From Dicyema japonicum (taxonomy: Eukaryota > Animalia > Dicyemida), in the NCBI GenBank assembly GCA_011109175.1, contig RDEW01000004.1, positions 1,853,769 to 1,901,862 on the forward strand: a stretch of DNA of 48,094 bases, read 5' to 3'. A program made the position numbers and the translations under genes. The notes beneath the pieces are model-generated. The model was not told where the DNA came from and searched no databases. It saw only the letters and a list, made by a program, of their open reading frames with translations. This document shows positions 1-12,440 of this stretch, piece by piece (the first letter of the stretch is position 1; each line of letters begins with the position of its first letter).

Positions 1-649
1 GGATATCATTTCATTCTTCGGTGGAAGAGTTTTGATAATGGTAATCTTCATCAGTGATTTGGCCAGGGAGATGGTAGGAAGATCCATTTCAACAACTGTG
101 TCGTTTGACGAAAAGCTGGGATCTGTTTGACGAGAATTGACCTCCGCTGAAAACTCCATCCTTCGTATTCAAACCCCCAACTTTGAGATTCGATGTCATC
201 ACTTCATAAACATTATGAGAGGTAAAGAGAGGTAACTCTTATTGCGTGCTCAATGCCTGCGGGACATAATGGAGGCCTGTCATAATAACTTTACTGTAAA
301 TTATGCGTAATAAATATTTTTTTATTTAAAAAATATTAAAATTCTAAAATATATATTTTTTTCGATCGCTTAAATAATAATGATCGTTTATTGTAAAGAA
401 GAAAAAGGATAAAAGAGAACGGAGCAGGCTCATTGAACGTATTTCCTTACAGATCATATGGAGTGACTCGATCTCCTTTGACTTTGTGGTAGAGAAATAT
501 TTTGAAGTCATCCCATCCTTTTATCGATGTAGTATGTCAAGTTAGTGGGTCAGATGCAACAATGGTCCTGGGTTTGGCTCCCCTTAAAGGCTACATGGTC
601 GAAGGATCTTTTTCTATGATCTATCCTTTTAGTCCTTTGTTTAATTAAT

Positions 650-843
650 GTGGCGTCATGTGATCCACTTTTCATAGGCAGTGGCCAGCACCAAGACGGC
701 TTTCCCCCACTTAACTGAATCATTCCTTGAACTGGTTTTCCACAACTTTGATTCTGACAGACTTGTCTCTTTATGACTATGGGACCAGAATACTCTTAAT
801 TAGTTGTTAACTATTAACTTTTTTGCATCCGAGGTTAATAAAA
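650..843 (+). mobile_element. Short non-autonomous LINE derivative (5' signature plus family D 3' end)
   Basis: Starts with gtggcgtcatgtgatcc. Ends ttaattagttgttaactattaactttttgcatccgaggttaataaaa, homologous to the 3' ends at 20200-20247 and 36417-36467. Confidence 0.45.
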
Positions 844-2130
844 TTGTATAAATTAAATAGTCCTACAGAGGTTGATGTCTTGAATCCCGCAAGTTCAAGT
901 AGAAGTCCAGAAATAAAGTTAACGTGGGCACAGTAAATAAACAAACTAATTAAAGTCAATTTTCAGGACAAGGAGTACGCAATGGGAGTTACCCATCATG
1001 ACCGAGAGTCAAATGTGCGTAAAGTAAATTAGTGATAGAAAAATAATAATCTACCGATATCTAGCACGTGCATATGGATTGAACTTAAATATCATAATTC
1101 GATAATAGGAATTGTCCTAAGTGACAAAATGTTATGCAATCGGATATTGGCGGATAATAGAAACGAATAATCAATCTACCAAAAATAGATATAATTACGA
1201 CGACGGCGATTATTAGAGTGAACGACTAACCACTGGACAACGATTTGGAAAAAAGTTAATAGAATGTACTAACAAATTTATTTTTTAGTGATTGGCAAAG
1301 ATTTTTTGTCGTATTTTAATTTTCATTTTCAAAAATGCCGCTAGAAAGATGACGACAGGGGATACAACTTGATAATGTTCCACGGAGTGATTACACGAAT
1401 AAAGCAGCCTGAATGTCTAGAAACCTTGATAAAAATTGTTTACAAGACAATCAGTGTTGTCCTCTAAAAATACTAAATACGGTCGTTGGACGGTCAGAAT
1501 AATTCTTTAAAATTTTTGATTTTAAACAAAAAAAAATTCCACCACCAGTTTTCGTATGTAAGTAATTCCGTTAGGGGACATCCACACCATGTCTGAACTT
1601 TATCGATTCGACCACTGTAACTACTTGGGAGGACGTTTCCAATCCAAGTTGTTTATCTATAAAAACTAAATGAATTGACATTACGATATGATATACCTGC
1701 ATGGAGTCTCTGATGGGAAAATCGATTGCCAATACAAATTATGGTTAGCTGACGATCTACCACTATATGACTTGCTTGGTAAATGGGACTTTGAAAGATC
1801 TAATCCAGTCCTTGTAAACGCCTTACTCCAGTTTTGTTATCTTTTTTACTTTTTTGTGTAGAGTTTATAATCAAGAAACCAAAAATATTGGACAAATGAT
1901 TCCTTCGTTCCTTCACAGTCACTCTCGTTCAGAATCCCCTAATTTTGGCGAAGTAAAAAATGAATGAAGATGACATATCCTGGATTCATATATTCTGTAG
2001 TAAGTACAAAATTCCTTTTCCAACGTTCAAAGAACTATTACCTTCATCCAACTGGTGAGAGTGATGTTACTTTTTAGGAAAGCCAGCTGCTGTGCTTGTT
2101 GTGTCTTTTGTGAAGAAGCTCGTGTTCTCT

Positions 2131-2308
2131 GATATAGGGGATGACATTAATGAGGCAAGAGAGAGTGCTTCGAGGAATGCGTTATTTACACTATATATGT
2201 TATTTAATAATAATGACATGATATAGGGGATGACATTAATGAGGCAAGAGAGGGTGCTTCGAGGAATGCGTTATTTACACTATATATGTTATTCAATAAT
2301 AATGACAT
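2131..2308. repeat. Two-copy tandem duplication, 89 bp unit
   Basis: gatataggggatgacattaatgagg... starts at 2131 and 2220, with about 2 mismatches. Confidence 0.95.
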
Positions 2309-2504
2309 TCGGATTTGTTGTTAATATGAGTTATTTTTGCTTATTTGATGTTTATAGGGGTGGTACTTTGTTAAAAGTAATTACTAATTATTAATGGGTC
2401 TTATAGTCACCCTCGGCTTGTTCATTAGACGGCACATCCTTCATTTCAAATTCTTATGGTAGAAAGAGTCCGATGGTAAATCCCCGTGACGACCGCGTGG
2501 TGAC

Positions 2505-2796
2505 ATGTGCTTACTTGTTTAAATATTTGTGTTTGTTTCTTTTGTTCCCCTCCCCTTCATTAATATATTGGCATCCAGTGTCAGGCTGGCACAAAAACTC
2601 ATTTGAAGGAGTTTTTAAAACTATAAGGAATGGACGTCTATACTTTTTATATGTGCTTACTTGTTTAAATATTTGTGTTTGTTTCTTCTGTTCCCCTCCC
2701 CTTCATTAATATATTGGCATCCAGTGTCAGGCTGGCACAAAAACTCATTTGAAGGAGTTTTTAAAACTATAAGGAATGGACGTCTATACTTTTTAT
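2505..2796. repeat. Two-copy tandem duplication, 146 bp unit
   Basis: atgtgcttacttgtttaaat... starts at 2505 and 2651 and is near-identical. Confidence 0.95.
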
Positions 2797-2799
2797 GAT

Positions 2800-3400
2800 A
2801 GTTCTGGATAAACTTGTAAACATTGGAAGGACTCTGTTACTGTGACAGCGGGAAAATGGAAAGGTCATTATCAATTCTTTACAAATTTTTAACAAAAGGT
2901 AGAAATTTCCTTCCCTCAAATGAATCTGGCAGATAAACAATGTTGTTGAATTGATAAACTAAAATACCTAAAATGGATAAAAAAAAGTTATTAATTTATA
3001 AATACACTTGGAAAAATGACCGGGGAAATATTTATATTTATCAACCACACTAAAATAACTTTAACGAAAAAACTGAAAATCTTAAGGATCACCTTCGACA
3101 CTCTATATCTTTTTCCTCTCATCTCGAAGGCATCTCCGGAAGCTGCTCAAGAAAACTAGGGATAATCAAATCTATTTTTGGTGACATTAAGACACTAAAA
3201 ATCTTGGAGATCACCTTCGACACTCTATATCTTTTTCCTCTCATCTCGAAGGCATCTCCGGAAGCTGCTCAAGAAAGCTAGGGATAATCAAATCTATTTT
3301 TGGTGACATTAAGACACCTGTCCCAGCATTGAAATTATTTATTGAACTATCTGTTTGCAATGTTTGTGTCTCCTGGGGAATCAATCTATGCTAGACGAAC
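2800..3400 (+). mobile_element. Decayed LINE RT C-terminal fragment
   Basis: Translates with frameshifts to KILRITFDT...FSSHLEGISGSCSRKLGIIKSIFG, the K.LG.TFD..L.F..H segment that follows the RT thumb (compare 33890-33970). Confidence 0.55.
3077..3317. repeat. Two-copy tandem duplication, about 122 bp unit
   Basis: accttcgacactctatatc... at 3091 and 3213, with a few mismatches. Confidence 0.93.
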
Positions 3401-3829
3401 AAACAAAAAATGTTGACATTCAGTCCCTGACAGCCAACACTATTAGTAATCTGGGAATCTAAAAAACTACTCCCCTCATCACTTTCGGTGAAAGACAACT
3501 TGAGTAGAAATTATTATTTAAGCCAAAGAAACACCGTCTTAAACACTAACTAATATTCAGGTGATCCCAGCATCTTTCAATAATTGGGCCATCTTTTCTT
3601 GATGCTCCGACCGTGAACCTACACATTTTCTATACGGACGGGGTTTTTTTTCCTTCTCTTCTGAAATTGCTTCCAGTTGCCTCTATGATAGACTCGAGTG
3701 TTGTGGGGGAAATTTCTTAATCTACATATTTTTCCAGTAGCTTTATTGCTCTTGACTGAAAAATTACATGTAATAAATATAATTTTTTTTTTTTTAACAA
3801 AAAATTTTTTTAACAATTAAACAAATGTC

Positions 3830-4205
3830 AATTGAGGAAGCCTGCTGCGTGAATTGCGAACGAGTTCCCTCGGAGTATGGCTATTCCAATCTTTTGTCTT
3901 AGCCATAACCCTTCTCGTTGATCCCTTTTTTTCTGGCAAGCAATCCTCCGAGTTCTCGCAAGAACTCAGCCGTCATTGGACCTACGGTTCCCGATGATTC
4001 GATCGCAACAGGAGTAAATCGGTAGCGATCCCCGAAACAAGAATATTTCTTGATTTTTAGGTTCTCCGCAGTCGAAGCAGCTGCTCCAGGTGTCTGAACC
4101 GATTTAAAAATGTTCGTGCTTGAGAACGTGTCTATGCAAGTTGCGTCCCAGACCAAAGATCTTCCAGACGTGAAGGGGAAAAGGGTCATCCCGTCAGGTC
4201 TCATA
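3830..4205 (-). mobile_element. CRE-like non-LTR retrotransposon 3' fragment, RLE endonuclease domain
   Basis: RPDGMTLFPFTSGRSLVWDATCIDT...AENLKIKKY...FTPVAIESSG, then ILRGNS in a shifted frame. These are the PD..(D/E)xK-type RLE motifs of CRE-like elements. Confidence 0.85.
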
Positions 4206-4499
4206 ATATAATTATATAATTAATTCTTAATTTTTTTAAATGTAACTAAAATGAGTATTAATAAAATGAAATATTTAAAAATTATCTTAACATTTAATAT
4301 ATAGGTTAGTTGTCCCTAAATTTTTCCTAGGCGAGTTGTCCCTTAGCCTTGTATTTGTGTTATATGACTTAAGTTCAATAAGCTTATATCCCTTACGAGG
4401 GATTCTTGACAGATTCCTTATATTTTCAAGCAGGATTACCTTTTCTTTTTCAAAGGAAGCCAAAGAGGTTTTTTTTCGCTTTTTATTTAAGCTGGGTGA

Positions 4500-5583
4500 C
4501 CATTTTCAACGCGGTTATCAGCCATATCAGCCAAGAAACCTATTCTGAAAGCATTTATTGCATAAATTACAGCGATAGCACTAAAAAATCTTAAATCTCG
4601 TCAAAAATGAACAAACTGAACTTGGTTTAGCTGTTTCTAGACATTCCGACTCGTCTAATAGGTTCAGGAATTCATCCGTTTTTGATGAGGCAATCCTCTT
4701 TTAAAGTGATGATGTATAAGTAATCTTAGACTCAGATGAGTTCAACTATAAAGTCAGGATTTATCAGTTCGGTTACCTTTAGCGTCTGACTACTGGTTTT
4801 GTGATTTTTGACTAAAAGATTACAAATTTCTGATATGGTAGCCCAGTTTGACTTGGAAATTACCCCATATCATCACAAATTGGCCTACATGTTGTGGTTG
4901 ACTCTGATAATCAGAGGACACCAAGCCATCTAGTATTTGCTTCTTCTATATTTTGCCGACAGATATAATTTTTCACGGTTTTTATTAATTTTGATCAAAA
5001 AGGCCAAATTCCTGCCTAATCTGTGAATTGAACTTTTTGAGATTTTAGACTGGTTCTCCCTCATACTTCAGTCAGAGCAAATTTTGGAGATACTTAAATG
5101 ACACTAGTCCAGATCCTTCTCACATACGTAGAATGTAAGCAAAATGAAGGAGAAGAAATGAATTATGAAAAAGGGACTATGTATATCGATTTCTACATGC
5201 TTAGAACGGGGGATGTATTGAATCTTTTGCCAGCTGAGTACTCCAATATGTTAAATACTATTTGTGGGTTACCCGACGGAGAATTGCTACACATTTGACG
5301 TTGTCCTAAATGATAGTTAGTTTTTCTGGCTAACTCTTCCTAAAGATCCGTCGAGCAATAAGACCTGGAACATGTTATTGAAGTGATGAAGAAACATGGA
5401 CTAGAAACCATGATTAGACTTAACATCTAGGAAAACAAGACCACGTGGACTTAAAGAGTCCTTGATGATACCAAGTTGTTTTTGGATGTTTATCCTAGGA
5501 AATATCTGATCGACTTTGACCGACTGGAATTGATGTGGTTGGATAAAAATTACTACCTTCCAAGTGGTGGATAAAGTTGTCAA
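4500..5583 (-). mobile_element. Possible highly decayed Ty3/gypsy pol remnant
   Basis: DQIFPRINIQKQL...VFLDVKS resembles the RT D.YP.P.I...F..LD.KSG segment. AIAVIYAINAFR resembles the RNase H LA.V.A...FR segment. Very degenerate. Confidence 0.3.
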
Positions 5584-5767
5584 CCAACGAAAGGATCTTG
5601 ACTTTTGAAAGGTGTTTGTTGATACTGTTAAACTATGGTCTTTGATTGGGAACTATTATGTGATTGAGACCAGGCTTAATGCTATTTTGAAGTTGGGGAG
5701 TTTAGTTGCCAGTAAAGAATTTAAGTAATTGTAGGAACTTTGGATTGTTAAATGCTAAATTTGTGCT

Positions 5768-5998
5768 TTCTTTGGGCATGTTGTCCCCTCTGACTCCCTT
5801 GAAAGAACCATTATGCTGAGCAATATTACTGGGAAGAGAAGACCTGGTCAACCGAGGACTCGATGGCTATCCACGGTGGAAGACGTCATGGGAATACCTA
5901 TATAAAGGCTACTCCAAATTGCGATGGATCGGGGAGAGTGGAGGAAACTTGTTCATGAGATCTCCAAGGGTCGGACACGACTTAACTGGATAGCATAA
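5768..5998 (+). mobile_element. RTE-clade (BovB-like) LINE 3' end
   Basis: FGHVVPSDSLERTIMLSNITGKRRPGQPRTRWLSTVEDVMG...AMDRGEWRKLVHEISKGRTRLNWIA*, in one frame with one internal stop. Confidence 0.8.
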
Positions 5999-6119
5999 CA
6001 TAAATTTTTGCTTGTGTTTTTAATTTTTTTCAGATTGTTAGGAATATTGTATATAGTGAAATCTTTAGGTGATATGTCCAATTATTATTAAAAGCAATCC
6101 TTAGAAAACATAAATTAAG

Positions 6120-6480
6120 TCTTACTTGTGTCACATTCCGAATCATCCGATCTGTCAGCCTCGACCATGATCTTTTGTCGCGTGATAGCTCTCTTAGGCG
6201 CGATATAATCCCTTCTGTCAGTTTCGACGAACTTTATAGGTCTTCATTCAAGATAGTCGTAAGTGTCGTTCTTGGTCTTCCACAGAATCCGGCTCTTGTG
6301 TGGGCTAAGTAGTTGTCATTGCGACATTTGAAAAAATCTGGTCATTTATAAATAACACGTGGGCAAAGGCTCCATTTTGATTTGAAAATTTCATCTGATA
6401 GCACCCTGATTTGCATTTATTATAAAGATTTGCATTAATCCTATCATTTTCTTGTGGCCCCATATTAGCGTTATATGTAC
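6120..6480 (-). mobile_element. RTE-like LINE 3' fragment (GRPRTTL type)
   Basis: INANLYNKC...FAHVL...GFCGRPRTTLTTILNEDL...LRELSRDKRSWSRL. Same type as 25630-26110 and 47300-48094. Confidence 0.7.
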
Positions 6481-6744
6481 AATGGAGCGCAAAAAACTGA
6501 GAAATGAGGATTTGTTATCAAAGAGGTACAATTGATATACAATGTCTACTTATTGCCCATTTGGTCTTGTCTTACAACTTTACATAAGGCAATGTGTGAC
6601 AGAATAATTATGTGTTCAATCGCTGATTATCTCCGATGTATCATTGTGAGATTAAGGATATTTACTAAAGATAATGAAGGATATTTACTCTTTGTTGGAA
6701 TGCTAAGAATTCTGCGAGGATAGTAAGAGTAGTCCCTTGGTTTG

Positions 6745-7160
6745 TTAAGAAGTTAAAAAATTCGTGGAATTGTGATCACTTGCCAGTTTCGTCTCAACTG
6801 AATTTGAAAATTTTTGTGTGGCCGGTCCTGTCATCGGAGTTATTCTCCGAGAGATTGAAAGCGCATTCTCGTCAAGGACCGGGGATTCGATATTCGACAT
6901 TGATCTTGCGAATGTCTTGGAATTGCCATCGTTCCCGGAATTGTTCACTGTTTCTTGGTAACTGGTGCCTGATTTGTTTCTTTCGTAAAAACTACTGGGT
7001 TTGTGGACGTGATTGCTTCTCAACGTGTCTCTCGTCTTGGAGGAAAAAATTGTCTCCCGATGGAGTGGAGTGAACGGTTCTCCTAGGTACATTAGATGCC
7101 TTCTGAGCGTCACCATTTGTCCTTGTAAAAGTCAGTAACAATTTTCCTTCCATGGCCAAG
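6745..7160 (-). mobile_element. LINE 5' fragment (family A-like): 5' signature, decayed 2A and APE start
   Basis: Minus strand carries ggtgacgctcagaaggcatctaatg (signature), then NIES-PGP-like aatatcgaatccccggtcct at 6875-6894, then ETKL of the APE N-terminus. Confidence 0.5.
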
Positions 7161-8458
7161 GTATAATTAATTAATGTATGATTCTATCGTTTAATTTATT
7201 GTCCAATATTAATTTATTCATCGTCAATGGGGCCGAGATCACCTGACGACCCTTACTCTCCTTTGTTTTGTCGGTGAATCTTTGATTTAAATAAATAAAT
7301 AAATCGTTATATTGGAGATTAATAAAATTAAAAATATTTTGGAGGATCAGTTAATATTTTTTAATTTTTAGGACATGGTCACCAGGTATTTAACATGGGA
7401 GTTACGCCTCATAATCGCGAAAGCCATCGTGTCATTCTTGCTCTTCTTTCCATAGTCCTACAAGCCGCCTAATCAACCTGATAAACTTTGCTGGGATGAA
7501 GTCAAGAACGCCAGACGTCTCAACGAAGATCTACTGGAATCTAACCGATCCAGAATCTTATGGTACTTGCTTCTTTTAATATTAGTAACAATCCTATCAT
7601 TATGTTTATATCTACGTTATGTCTCGAATCGTAACTATTAGCTAAAATGAATTAATAGTGTCCACTTTCACTCTGTTCGCACTTTTCTGGATAAACATGA
7701 TCTCGGCATTTGCCCACAAGATGCATGTGCGATAAATACATGTCTCGATTTAGTGGTTGTATAACGCTTTTAGAATAGGTGGTTGTCTTACATAGCTTTG
7801 AGAGGATTTTCAGTAGATCTTCACGTGTCATGAGAAGCACATGTGCATAATAATGATTTTTTGGGATTTGTTGAAGGGGTATTGATATCGTTTTCATGAG
7901 ATTATTCGCCTTCTCAGTCTCTTGTCCGGACGTTAATAGATAGGCGACTGATTTTTTGGGTCAACCGATAGTCGGTTGTACTTAAAAAACCGTATTGTAA
8001 TCCAAATGTTGAATTCCCTCCTGATCGTGCAAGTATTGTCAATTTCGTTTTCATTTCTCACTATAGAAGGCTGGTTAAAATTGAGATAAACGAGATAGGA
8101 GATAGTGATGATTCCTAGAAGGTTCTGTGATATCTAGAGTAAACGAGTCCCTCAATCGCTAAGGAAGTGAGCCAGCCGAGTTTAAAATTTCTAGAGACTC
8201 CAATTTGAAAATCTACTAAACGATGATTTTTAATTGGACTAAATCTAACGATTTGCAGATATACATCAAAGTAGTTTTCAGATGTCTACGTTTGTGGAAA
8301 ACACGGAGCGGGTAAAATTGGTGAGAATAAAAGATGAGTAAAGTTGTCCATTCCTTTTAAAATCACATTGAAACGGTATATCCTGTAGAACATCCATGAT
8401 TTTGAAAAAGCTAGTTTTCCTGGATTTTAGACATCTAACACAAAGAGCTATCGCTATA

Positions 8459-9783
8459 CAGTGCTTAGCATAGAAAAAAGTACACCCCATTTTTAGACAT
8501 TTCGATGGTTTTTGAAAAAAATATTATTTTTGGAAATTAAGATGGCAATGGTTAGACATTAATTTAATTTGTAATATTTTTTATACGTCGATTTATTTCT
8601 TAATTTGAATATAATTATGTATCGTGATGAATCCTGTTGCTCATAGAAAATTGTACACCACTTAAATTTCTTAATTTACCTATAATTTTCGATAGTTTTT
8701 AGAAAAAATCACTTATCGGAAGTCTTAAAAGGTCAAATAATTGCACTGCACAACCAGAAAATGTCGAAGATAAATACTTTATGCAATATTTCCCGTGAAA
8801 ATCCTTCGTTTTCGTCGCTAAAGTTATCTAAGGAACTCAAGAATTCCACTGGAACACAAGTTTCCAGGCATACAGTAATCCGAACTCTGAATAAATATTT
8901 TGTCGAAAAGCAATCAAAAAACCTTATTTGAGTCGAAAAAGCATACTGGAAAGACGAAAATCGTTAAACTTTTTTTTACAAGTTTCTGATGATGAATGGA
9001 AGACTTACATCTTTTCTGACGAATGTTCATTTGAACTGAGACCGACAAAAAAGAACGCAATGGTTTATAAAAATGCGAAAGACTCTTTGAAGCCGGAATT
9101 CATCGCGCAAACTCAAAAGTTTGGAAAAGGTTAGCATACTGAAATTTCAATTTTAGGAAAAATCATGTTGGGGATGTTTCTTTTATTACGGTGTGTGCCA
9201 TTTGGTAGCCATTGAGGTGTAATATGAATGCTGCAAGATACATGAGCATTCTTACAAATCATCTTCCTTAGTCTGCTGAAAAATGGGTCTAGGAGACTAC
9301 GTTTTTCAGCTGGATAACGCACCAAGCCACACAGCGAGGGTCGTAAAAGAGTTTTTTAATGAAAAACAAATTAAAAAATTCAAGTGGGCCGCTCAGTGTC
9401 CGGATTTAAACCCATCGATAATTTATGGAGTCACGTAAAACGAGAAACGTAAAAAAGCAATTACGAGACCATAAATGACTTGAAGATGGAGGTTTTAAGA
9501 ATTCGGGAGGAAATCCCACGAAATTTAACAGAGAAACTTATTAATTCAATGAAAAAACGCTTTTGGCACGTATATTCGGCAAATAGTGGACACACAAATG
9601 TATGATTTTCATTGATCAGTAAAAATAAAAAATTTCTTGTTTGTTCTGTAATTAGAAATTTAATGATAATAAAAAACTCATTGAAGCTATATAAGATAAA
9701 AGTCGGAATTAATAAAAAAATGAAACTATTTCCCTTAAAAAAAATTGAGAACTTAAATGTACAATTTTCTATGCTAAGCACTG
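8459..9783 (+). mobile_element. Tc1/mariner DNA transposon, decayed transposase, both termini present
   Basis: 25 bp TIRs cagtgcttagcatagaaaa(aa/tt)gtac with 2 mismatches and TA on both flanks (8457-8, 9784-5). Motifs KKPYLS, IFSDEC, VFQLDNAPSH, WAAQCPDLNP and SMKKR. Multiple frameshifts. Confidence 0.95.
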
Positions 9784-10429
9784 TATAGTGTCGAAACCTT
9801 CTTCTGTTTTCCAGGTATAGGATGCTGGATATCATCGTATTGATTGAAAGGCTAAGGATTTTAGTTAAGATTCCCTGTTTTCCAGATTTTTTAGAATGTC
9901 ATAAGATTCCTATCAGTGATCTCGATGCTCCCAGTAGAGCACTCAGTATCACAAGGAGACAACCTCATTTCCTGATGATACTTTTCGACCACGATCATAC
10001 AACTAAAAGATACCTATCTTGGTTCTACAGCTGAACATAAATTGAATCAATGAGAAGATTCTCAATCTACCCTCAACCTACGCTTGTCTTTTGACAGTCA
10101 AAACCCTTTTTTAAAGAGTCGAGCTTCACCCTTTCTAAAACTCTATACGAACCGACTAAACAATGAGATTTGGTGTAGGTCTCTCCGTCTGTTATAAAAA
10201 TCAAATCCACTATTACCGTGACTATCATATACACAAAAAAACAATTTATTCTAAAAGGAAACAAGTCATTAGTACTCCAATTGAGATAGTGAGTATTTGA
10301 TGACTTTGACCATTTTGAGACGCTATATTCACGTGACAGACATTCGAGAAAAACGATAATGTTCAAACAGATGAGATTTGAGTTTTGCACTAAATTATTC
10401 AGCCGAAAACAGCCCACTTGAGGAAACTA

Positions 10430-10630
10430 AAAAATTTGTTTTCAGGTCCGGAAGGCGAACTGGTCTAGAATCTTTTTATATTTCTTCTCCTTGGCCTTCT
10501 CGCCTTTTTCCGCGGCTTACAGCGTATCTACTGCACTCCTGACGATGTTGGAAAGACTAAGGAAGTCGATGCACATAGCATCGTAATTTCCAAAATAACA
10601 CAGGAAGACTCGTCCACCGGACAAATAATC
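10430..10630 (-). mobile_element. CRE-like RLE domain fragment
   Basis: YDAMCIDFLSLSNIVRSAVDTL*AAEKGEKAKEKKYKKILDQFAF aligns by eye to the 3899-4204 protein. Confidence 0.65.
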
Positions 10631-10639
10631 ATTGATTTT

Positions 10640-11030
10640 ACAAGAAGCTTTCTCCTGCCCGGGAATTAGGTGAACGTCAGATACCTGTGGAAGCGTCAAG
10701 CACTACTTGTGGAGATAGTATTCCTGACGTCTCAAAAGCAAATAGGACAAACAAGTGATCCTTCAAAATGCTTCGATACTTCCCTCTTTATGATCCTCGG
10801 ATTGCTTATAAGTATGAGTGCTCTTTTCAAAAACAAATTCTTGTTTTTTTACTGAAACAATTAGTGAAGATACAGTACGCGAATTGAGATGACTGGTTCC
10901 ATAAGTGAATGAGCCTTATGAGATTTGTCAGAACATTGAAGGACGACCTGTTGCTAATAACCTCTTTCTTCTCAAGGCTATGTATGATCGCTAGTGCTGA
11001 CCACTCGGCAAATACGAGTGGGTGACTCAA
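10640..11030 (-). mobile_element. CRE-like RLE domain fragment (more decayed)
   Basis: GKYRSILKDHLFVLFAFETSGILSPQ...RAGESFL matches the K..KY...F...A.E(T/S)SG motif. Confidence 0.5.
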
Positions 11031-11269
11031 GTTGTTAAATGTTCTAAAGCCACGGTGGGAGGATCTCTTGTGGAGGATAGCAATTAATCAGACTCCCTCA
11101 ATTTCCACTTCTCCGCATATAAGGAAGTATCCAATGTCAAGAACTGCTTTATGAAGAGAATGGCAAGGCGAATGTAAAAAATTGTCGAAAAGTTTCATGT
11201 GCAGAATTTTTACATATAGAAAAACTTTGAATGTGCAACTCAACGAGGTACGCTCCGGAATTCATGGGT

Positions 11270-12440
11270 TCTTATTCTAAGGTCCCGTTCAAAACAGTCA
11301 AAGCTGATGTGCTTAATAAATTGATAGCTGCGATAGATAACTATACTGCCTTGCATCCCCCTGCTGATCATAACGAGATGACAACATAATTTATGTTGGG
11401 CAGCCTGCATGTGATAATCTAACATCAGGATATCAACAAGTTTGTGGAAATAAAATTTATGGTTCATAGGGATAACCTTATCCTTCTCAATACTTTTGGT
11501 GATCAAAAAGAAAAGAAGAGGATGATGAACATTTTACCACCATATGGGTATAAGAATTTAAAGAAATGTGAGTTTACGAGAATTGTTATTGTTATCAAGT
11601 GAGAATCAGGATGTTAGAGAAAAGACTCGCAGTTATGAAGCAAGAAAGGCATTCAGAAGTGATAATTATGCTTTTTCAAGTGAATCACAGGATATTCTAT
11701 ATGAGCATTACCAATGAGGACCAGGGTACTGTGTGTTTATTTGGTAATGACGAATGTGTGTGAAAGGATAAAAATCTAAAATGGTTCAATATGATTGGAA
11801 GACGTATTGATAGAGTAGACGACTTTCCCGTGGATATATCCCCAGAGCTTATTAAAAATATTATAAATTATTCGCCAATTGGAAATCCCGTGACGGTTTA
11901 TGTTGTTTCTTAGTTAAGAATTTCTTGACCCTCCACGATTATTTATGTGAAGAAATCCTCAAGTCTGTTAATGGTAAAGTCTCACGTGGTTCTACACAGG
12001 AGTGACCTATTTACTGTCCAAGAGTGATCCTTGTCGTATAATGATTTACGTCCCGTCACATCTATGCCCAATTTGTAAAAAGTGGTTACTAATTGTGTCA
12101 ATTCAAAACCTACTAATTATTTAAGCGTTCGACATATTCTGGGAACCAATTGGGGGCGAAGAAGATGTGTCTGGGGGATAAACCAGTGCATAAACAGTGA
12201 TTATGGAAACAGCTCATTCGCTTCTTGGATTGATGTAAAGAAAGCTTACGATTCAGTGGATAATGGGTTTATCTGTCATGTTTTGGGTTGTTCTGGCCTC
12301 CCAACGTATGTAAAGAGCCTTATAAGCCAATAAAAATTTAATCTAAATTTCAACAGGGAAAGGATTGAAATGTGTAAATTGAATCGTGAATATTGTAAGG
12401 AGATTCGTTGTCTCCACAACTTAGTAAAACCTTAAATACC
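11270..12440 (+). mobile_element. R4/Dong-like non-LTR retrotransposon RT fragment
   Basis: NWKSRDG...WFYTGVTYLLSK...LRPVTSMPNL*KVVT...ASWIDVKKAYDSVD...DSLSPQL. The NWK-PG, G.T.L.PK, RPITC and WID.KKAYDS motifs are typical of R4-group RTs. Confidence 0.75.

Noticed and set aside
30-62. Hammerhead-like CTGATGA core on the minus strand (also at 18834 and 21144 on plus)
   Set aside because: No correctly placed GAAA or stems I/III.
870-895. DVLNPA as a 2A remnant
   Set aside because: Lacks E and GP and has no downstream APE motif.
9313-9425. Novel DD34D Tc1 lineage
   Set aside because: A single decayed copy with an adjacent frameshift. One GAA>GAT change explains it.
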